From Planctopirus limnophila DSM 3776 (GTDB lineage: Bacteria > Planctomycetota > Planctomycetia > Planctomycetales > Planctomycetaceae), in the NCBI RefSeq assembly GCF_000092105.1, contig NC_014148.1, positions 2,880,001-2,912,000 of the forward strand: a stretch of 32,000 bases of DNA. Direction: 5' to 3'. Made by a program: the position numbers and the translations under genes. The notes beneath the pieces were generated by a model. It saw only the letters and a list, made by a program, of their open reading frames with translations, was not told where the DNA came from and searched no databases. Positions 26,663 to 32,000 of this stretch are shown here, in pieces; within the stretch, counting starts at the first letter, position 1, and each line of letters opens with the position of its first letter.

Positions 26663-27736
26663 TCAACCGGGAACTGACTCCGTGAGTCTTTTTCGCTGCA
26701 ACTTTTGTGCACAGAAGAACACATATACCAAAAGTGCACAAACACAAATTCCCACACCTAAACTTACCCATTGCGAAATCGTCAGCGAGGTCGAAAATTG
26801 CCCCTCTTCGTCGCTTCGCAGGAGTTCAATCAGATAGCGTGTGATGGAATACGTCAGCACCGCCAGGCCAAAGACGGCGCCATGCCGGGTGCGGTACGGA
26901 TAGTACAAATACGCTGCCAAAGCGATAATAAATCCATCAATCGCACTGTAGATTTGCGTTGGTTGCAGCCAGGGAGTGGCCAATTCAACAGGACTGATGA
27001 CACCCCGGTACACGAATTCACTGTAGGTAACACTCGAGCCTGGAAACTGAATGGCAAAGGGGAGATGACAGACGTCTCCGTAACAGCAACCATTGAGCAG
27101 ACAGCCAATGCGACCAAAACCGACGCCCACAAAAATCGATGGTGTGATGATGTCAGCCAGCCGAAGTGGATCAATCCGGTTCCAGTAACAGAACACAAAA
27201 TAGGCGACTGTGCCCATCAATAACCCGCCAAAGAGGACAATTCCTCCCTGGGATAAATTCACAAACGACAGCACATTTTCCAGCAGCGTACGACCCGTAA
27301 AAACCTTCTCGGGATACTGGACAGCAAAGAACAGACGGGCACCAATTAACCCGGGAATAAAAATCGCCACAGCCAGATCCCAGATTTTTTCAGGTGGTAA
27401 CCCCTGCTCTGCCGCTCGCCTGGTTGCCAGAAAAACGGCCGTCGTAAAGCCGATAAACAGCATCAGCCCGTAACCAAAAAACGGGATCCCCTCTGGCGCA
27501 AACTTCGGCCCAATCGTGGGAGCCATCCAGATCGCCACTCCCGCTGCTCCCCAGATTCCCACTGCCAGTGGATCTCGAAGCAGGTCAGAGACCCGGCCTT
27601 GCCACGCCATGCGACCAACAATAGCCGTTCCCAATAAGGCCCAGGCGAAGAGCACAATCCCCAACCCAAAGGTGGGAATCTCCACGCCCCCAATCGTCAG
27701 ATGATCCCAGGGGATACGGAACAAGACCTGGAGCAT
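26663..27736 (-). CDS. lgt: Prolipoprotein diacylglyceryl transferase
   Basis: 357 aa polytopic protein. FGYGLMLFIGF, FGRIGCLLNGCCYG (Lgt G-R-x-G-N-x-x-N-type motif region) and YSITRYLIELLRSDE. It has an extra C-terminal TM helix. Confidence 0.92.
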   Translation of the reverse strand: MLQVLFRIPWDHLTIGGVEIPTFGLGIVLFAWALLGTAIVGRMAWQGRVSDLLRDPLAVGIWGAAGVAIWMAPTIGPKFAPEGIPFFGYGLMLFIGFTTAVFLATRRAAEQGLPPEKIWDLAVAIFIPGLIGARLFFAVQYPEKVFTGRTLLENVLSFVNLSQGGIVLFGGLLMGTVAYFVFCYWNRIDPLRLADIITPSIFVGVGFGRIGCLLNGCCYGDVCHLPFAIQFPGSSVTYSEFVYRGVISPVELATPWLQPTQIYSAIDGFIIALAAYLYYPYRTRHGAVFGLAVLTYSITRYLIELLRSDEEGQFSTSLTISQWVSLGVGICVCALLVYVFFCAQKLQRKRLTESVPG

Positions 27737-27801
27737 GGTTCATCTTTCAGAAGGCCTGGACGTTCTTGGCAGAATCGAATGGAGGAGTGGCGGAAATTGT
27801 G

Positions 27802-28671
27802 TCAATCACTCTCAACAATCTGTCTCGCATTCCCCAGGAGCAGATTATCAATTAGCCGGGTGGTTCCTAATCGGCAGGCCACCAGGGCCACAGCTCCAGT
27901 ATCAATCGTATCCAGTAGTTTTAATGTTTCGGGATCGACAATAGCGACATAATCGATGTCGAGTGCCGAGACTTCAGCAATTGTTGTTTTAATGGCATGT
28001 TCCAGCACGGCTGGGGATCGCTCACCAGCCTGCCAGAGGCTTTCCGATTTCGCGAGACCACGAAAAATCTGAGTGGCCTGAGATCGCTGCTCGCTGGTCA
28101 GATAAGCATTGCGACTGCTCATTGCCAGGCCATCAGATTCTCGAATCGTGCTGCAAGTGCGGATTTTGACAGGCTGATCCAGATCCTGCACCATCCTCCG
28201 GAGAATCGCCTGCTGCTGATAATCCTTCTGTCCAAAGAAAGCGACTTGGGGCTGAACAATATTGAAGAGTTTTGTCACGACCGTGGTCACACCCTGAAAA
28301 TGTGTGGGCCGCAATTGCCCTTCCCAGAGAGTGGTTAGAGTGGAGACCGACACCGTGGTCTGAGCGAGTGGCGGATACATTTCTGCCACAGTCGGCACAA
28401 AGACCAGATCCACACCACTTGCTCGACACAATTCCAGATCATGTTCCAGGGGTCGCGGATAACGACTCAAATCTTCCGTGGGTGCAAACTGGGTCGGATT
28501 GACGAAGATACTGGCGACTGAAATCTCCACCTGTGGGCGACAGATCTCCATCAAGCTGACATGGCCGGCATGGAGCGCTCCCATGGTGGGTACAAACCCG
28601 GTTCGTCCTCCAAATTGCCGCAGCTTAGATAACTCCTTGCGACATTCGGCAATCGTCTCGACAACCCTCAC
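27802..28671 (-). CDS. panC: Pantoate--beta-alanine ligase (pantothenate synthetase)
   Basis: FVPTMGALHAGHVSLM (HxGH motif) plus FFGQKDYQQ and SSRN motifs. I prefer the GTG at 28671 (VRVVETIAECRKEL..., with GGAAGG 6 nt upstream). That start aligns with the E. coli PanC N-terminus MLIIETL. The listed ATG at 28752 would add a 27-aa Ser-rich extension. Confidence 0.92.
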   Translation of the reverse strand: MRVVETIAECRKELSKLRQFGGRTGFVPTMGALHAGHVSLMEICRPQVEISVASIFVNPTQFAPTEDLSRYPRPLEHDLELCRASGVDLVFVPTVAEMYPPLAQTTVSVSTLTTLWEGQLRPTHFQGVTTVVTKLFNIVQPQVAFFGQKDYQQQAILRRMVQDLDQPVKIRTCSTIRESDGLAMSSRNAYLTSEQRSQATQIFRGLAKSESLWQAGERSPAVLEHAIKTTIAEVSALDIDYVAIVDPETLKLLDTIDTGAVALVACRLGTTRLIDNLLLGNARQIVESD

Positions 28672-28795
28672 TGATCGCCTTCCTGAACTTGATTGGTGGT
28701 TGCTTCCACTCGACGAGAGCTGCTGGTACAGCATACTTGCTGGCAAATCCATGAACTCTCAGGATGACGCAAACCGGGATTACGCCAACTGGAGA

Positions 28796-29635
28796 TCACT
28801 TGAATTTGTACTGCGGATTATCCACCGAAAAATCGATGTTTTTCAGCCCCAGATTCGTTCTCAACGAAACATAAGAATACTCTTCGACCAGCGGTGGAGA
28901 CTGATCGCCCGACTGGGGAAACCCATACTGCTCGACTCGAAGTGGCAGCCTGGTGGCTTTATCGAGAAACAGCCTCGTCATGTGAAATCGAAACTGATTC
29001 CGAGGCTTGGGGTGCGTGGACTCGATCACCTCCACATTGATGTCTTTGCCCAGTTTGGCATTCCGATAGAAATTCACCTCGACCTCACCGTATCGGGCTT
29101 CACTCTCCCACTGCTTGATGACCTGATCCAGCAGGCTATGAATGCCGAGCATGGTAATGGGATAGCGATTTTCAGCCATGGCGTCGGGGCCATCAATCGG
29201 GAGTGAAACCGTCCCGATCATCGACAGGACGCCCGTCTCATGGCCCTGCAGCATATTCTTGTTCTGCCCCTCGACAAAGATCACCTCACGCCCTTCATTG
29301 GGCTTGATGAACTTCATGTAGACACTGAAAGGCTGCTTGCGAATGCGAACATAGCAGACTTGTGGCTTCAGTTTTCCGTTAATCAATTCCCGCTTGCTGA
29401 ATGTCGCGTCGTAATCAACCACATCCTTCAGCGCTTCGCGAGATTCATAAGCGAGCTTTAAGGCAGGTGCCAGAGGGTGGGCTTCACTGATTTCTGCTGC
29501 GGTATTGACTGCCGCCGGGGCTTGCTGTGCCAGAGTCTGGCCTGAAACTGCCAGCAAAAGTAATCCAATACAGCCAGTCAGCAGACTGGCCCTGACAAAA
29601 CGAGCGCCCGACGGTCTATCGATAACCAACCACAT
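28796..29635 (-). CDS. Secreted protein of unknown function (LolA-like / DUF1571-like by recollection)
   Basis: Signal peptide LLTGCIGLLLLAVSGQTLAQQ. The mature part looks mostly beta-strand. I prefer the ATG at 29635, which has GGAGGG 7 nt upstream, over the listed start at 29698. The family assignment is from memory and unverified. Confidence 0.55.
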   Translation of the reverse strand: MWLVIDRPSGARFVRASLLTGCIGLLLLAVSGQTLAQQAPAAVNTAAEISEAHPLAPALKLAYESREALKDVVDYDATFSKRELINGKLKPQVCYVRIRKQPFSVYMKFIKPNEGREVIFVEGQNKNMLQGHETGVLSMIGTVSLPIDGPDAMAENRYPITMLGIHSLLDQVIKQWESEARYGEVEVNFYRNAKLGKDINVEVIESTHPKPRNQFRFHMTRLFLDKATRLPLRVEQYGFPQSGDQSPPLVEEYSYVSLRTNLGLKNIDFSVDNPQYKFK

Positions 29636-29875
29636 GCCAATCCCTCCGTGGTGGAAATTGCAGCCTTGCAATTTCCACAATATCAGTCCTATTGGCACGT
29701 TATACGCTCAGAGGATTTTGGGCAATCGAAGTTTCGACGAAGAGTGCCGCGAAATGCGGTTTGTCGATTTCGGTTTGGTCATATTGAACAGGGATGAGCA
29801 CCTGACGAAAATGGACTTTTGTATCTACCAATTGTGAGTGGCACACATGGCGTTGACCTGGAGTTTCATCGGCGA

Positions 29876-30652
29876 TCAACGGAAATGCTGAGCATATAAG
29901 CTGCCCCAATTGCCAAGCTGAGCTGGAAATGCCTGACTGAAAGACTGGGGTACGCCCCCTTCACTGATGGTCTCAAAGTACTCATCGAGAATCTTGCGGG
30001 CTGCGGGTGGCCCGTGGAGCATGAAGTGCACAACAGACCACGCGTCTCGATAATCCCCTCCATCAAAGTCCGTGAGATTTCTCTTCTTTTCCAGAGCGAC
30101 CAGATCAGGACGTCCACCAAATCGGCGAACCCATTTTGTCGATGAGTGGTGAGGATTCTGCGACTTGCGTTCCGCTTGCCTGACTTCAAAATACTCCGCT
30201 AATCCCTCATCCAGCCAGAGAGGTACAAATGGCAAACAATTGTGCAAAATAGCATGCGTGGCCTCATGCCTCACATCGATATCCATCTCTCGATGACGAT
30301 AGGCATAGATTCGTCCGGCGTCTTTTCCTTGCACGTACAATGCCCGACGATTGACGGCATTCGGAACTCGGACCGAAACGTGATTCACGTACGACCCGCG
30401 ACTGGCAAAAAGATAGATCTCAATCGGCTGATCATTGGCCTTGAGCCTTAACGTCGCTTCGATCTCTCCCTGGAGTGCAGCCAATTCATCCACGAGCCCC
30501 TGCACATCTCTCAAGGGAAACTCAGCGAAAATGGAGAGATCCCCCGCTTCATGACGAGACTTCCAATCATCGCCGCGCAGCACCATGGGAAACAAACCTG
30601 CCAGCCAGCAGACCAGGCAGGTAGAGCAGGCGAGCATGTGAGGCCGAATCAT
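29876..30652 (-). CDS. Secreted peptidase-MA-like zinc metalloprotease (HExxH; DUF1570/Peptidase_MA_2-like)
   Basis: N-terminal signal/anchor, HEATHAILHN (HExxH), and a downstream WLDEGLAEYFE as expected for the third-ligand Glu region of Peptidase_MA_2. Confidence 0.72.
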   Translation of the reverse strand: MIRPHMLACSTCLVCWLAGLFPMVLRGDDWKSRHEAGDLSIFAEFPLRDVQGLVDELAALQGEIEATLRLKANDQPIEIYLFASRGSYVNHVSVRVPNAVNRRALYVQGKDAGRIYAYRHREMDIDVRHEATHAILHNCLPFVPLWLDEGLAEYFEVRQAERKSQNPHHSSTKWVRRFGGRPDLVALEKKRNLTDFDGGDYRDAWSVVHFMLHGPPAARKILDEYFETISEGGVPQSFSQAFPAQLGNWGSLYAQHFR

Positions 30653-30794
30653 CCCTGACCCCGCTCATAAATCCATCAGACTAACTTACGCGACATAGCC
30701 ACTTTTCATGGAGTCATGATCGTCGGCGAGTTTGCCGAATTCGTCAACAGCAGCCTGCTGAGGCTGCATGGGAGGATGTTTTCTGATGAAAAAC

Positions 30795-31034
30795 TCAGTT
30801 TCCAGCAGCAGGCATCACAACCTCTCGCAACCCAGATTGCGGGTCAGAAGAGGGGGGCAAATGCCATGCAGTCCACCAGGCACAGCCCACCATCATGGCA
30901 ACCAGAATCACAAAGAAACCTCCCAGCAGTTGGCCGACAAGCCGACCTGCCGCCTGGTCCTCTTGTGCCAATTGAGCCACTTCCTGTGCAGAAAAATGGA
31001 CGACACTCTGGGCAACCGCTGGATGTTCCGACAT
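30795..31034 (-). CDS. Small single-pass membrane protein (79 aa), function unknown
   Basis: MSEHPAVAQSVVHFSAQEVAQLAQEDQAAGRLVGQLLGGFFVILVAMMVGCAWW... has one clear TM helix. ATG at 31034 with GAGG upstream. The overlapping plus-strand 120-aa ORF is rich in P/R/Q and looks non-coding. Confidence 0.45.
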   Translation of the reverse strand: MSEHPAVAQSVVHFSAQEVAQLAQEDQAAGRLVGQLLGGFFVILVAMMVGCAWWTAWHLPPSSDPQSGLREVVMPAAGN

Positions 31035-31379
31035 GCTTCCCGCCTCAACCCTGCAGAGATTTCGCAAATCATAACTGACGTGAATTGAACATCATTGAAC
31101 TGTCCAGCGAGGGAGAATGTCTTGTGACCAATTCCCATCTCACCGACTGAGAAACTCAGCTCCCCCCAAAAACATGGACATTCAAAAGTTTACCATGACC
31201 AGAACCTTCTGGTAACAAATCGACAGGCTGAATCTGGAAAATCAACAAGTTGCTTCCAGCTTTGAAATTGAGTTTGGTCCAGCTTTGTATTGCTGCCGGT
31301 TTTTCAGTACCTTCCGGAGAATTGCATTTCAAAAACCAATAGAGTTTTACTTGAAGATTCAAAATCTCGCGAGGGCCTC

Positions 31380-32000
31380 ATGGGGCCATTGGAATCAGGA
31401 CGATTGGCAACGCGAAATTTTCAAAGTACCGGAGATTGGATTGATCGGGTTGTGTTTGCAATTCGCTTCCTCCCCTCTGTGGCTGGAATTGCGTTTCATC
31501 CCAATATCCTGGCAATTGCGCTCGTTGCGAGCCTGATATTGCAAGGCTTCTCACTCAGTCTGTCCGCTCCGCCTCAGCAGAAGACCCCGGGATCTTTGTC
31601 TTTGGAGAGCCGGCAAAAGCTACCCCTTATTCCGGCGCGAAATCTTCCTCAAAGCATCACTGAGGCTGCGGTGTACCGAGAGGATATTACGAAACTTCAA
31701 AACAACGCCACTCCACAGGATACATCGAACTTCCTGGCATGGAACGCTTTCGAGATTACGTTTCCTCCCCTGGCCTATCCACTCTTGTGGCCAGATCCAT
31801 CCTCATGGTTGGCATGGGTGGGAGTTTTTTTGAACTGGGGGATATCCGGTTTCACAGGACTGATGATTGCCAGATCGACCTCTCGAACGCTGGCACTTCG
31901 CGAAGTGGGATTCATCCCGCTTTTACAAGAAGCGGCCCGAGGCTGGTGGACACTCTTTGGGGCTATCAGTCTGCTGTTGTTGACATACTTCGCCTGCCAA
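31380..32000 (+). CDS. Membrane protein of unknown function, 3'-truncated by the window edge
   Basis: Hand translation from the ATG at 31380 gives 207 codons with no stop up to nt 32000 (MGPLESGRLATRNF...WWTLFGAISLLLLTYFACQ), with several hydrophobic helices. It is missing from the ORF track because it has no stop in the window. Confidence 0.5.
   Translation, partial: MGPLESGRLATRNFQSTGDWIDRVVFAIRFLPSVAGIAFHPNILAIALVASLILQGFSLSLSAPPQQKTPGSLSLESRQKLPLIPARNLPQSITEAAVYREDITKLQNNATPQDTSNFLAWNAFEITFPPLAYPLLWPDPSSWLAWVGVFLNWGISGFTGLMIARSTSRTLALREVGFIPLLQEAARGWWTLFGAISLLLLTYFACQ

Noticed and set aside
26676-26693. Plus-strand hairpin GACTC-CGT-GAGTC followed by TTTTT, resembling a terminator
   Set aside because: The stem is only 5 bp. 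It lies inside the 3' end of lgt on the antisense strand, and no plus-strand gene upstream needs terminating.
30716-31078. 120-aa plus-strand ORF (and 106-aa ORF at 30768-31088) overlapping the small membrane-protein gene
   Set aside because: The translations are rich in P/R/Q/S, with no hydrophobic core or motif. The minus-strand frame gives a clean TM helix and an ATG with a GAGG upstream.
31156-31362. 68-aa minus-strand ORF in the right-hand divergent spacer
   Set aside because: Its only start is a TTG with no internal ATG. It lies in AT-rich promoter-like DNA and has no recognisable features. I treated the region as non-coding.

Overview
The window looks like chromosomal, mostly housekeeping DNA from a moderate-GC bacterium. 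It resembles Planctomycetota: long intergenic spacers, few Shine-Dalgarno sites, paired secreted peptidase-MA/LolA-like proteins of the DUF1570/DUF1571 type, and an ECF sigma factor with a very large low-complexity anti-sigma factor. That taxonomic guess is inference only.

I support 26 protein-coding genes, two of them cut by the window edges. In order they are:
- (+) pgpH-type 7TM-HD hydrolase, ybeY, and a CNNM/CorC-type CBS protein.
- (-) a co-directional block of DUF58, transglutaminase-like membrane protein, MoxR AAA+ ATPase and an ArsP_1-type permease.
- (+) acyltransferase-3.
- (-) DtxR/MntR-type metalloregulator, divergent from a (+) TlpA-like lipoprotein.
- (+) lexA.
- (-) hpnC and hpnD (squalene-synthase family).
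- (+) der followed by a SAM methyltransferase.
- (-) SDR oxidoreductase.
- (-) a stand-alone HlyD-type adaptor.
- (+) amidohydrolase-2.
- (-) ECF sigma plus a 767-aa anti-sigma factor, lgt, panC, a secreted LolA-like protein, an HExxH peptidase-MA-like protein and a small membrane protein.
- (+) a membrane protein truncated at the right edge.

I found no rRNA, tRNA, CRISPR array, transposase/integrase or obvious defence island. There are two convincing intrinsic terminators.

Nothing here is clearly a new system. The points most worth a second look are:
- the MoxR/DUF58/transglutaminase module, whose transglutaminase core has Asp-His-Glu where Cys-His-Asp is expected, and whose DUF58 partner has Cys/His-rich termini;
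- a thioredoxin-fold lipoprotein with both CxxC cysteines missing, next to a DtxR-type regulator;
- a YbeY with its third zinc-ligand His replaced by Asp;
- the long structured region upstream of lexA, with candidate operators;
- a 45-codon upstream ORF joined to the amidohydrolase by a TAATG overlap;
- the giant anti-sigma factor.

All product calls come from motif recognition by eye. No database search was run.
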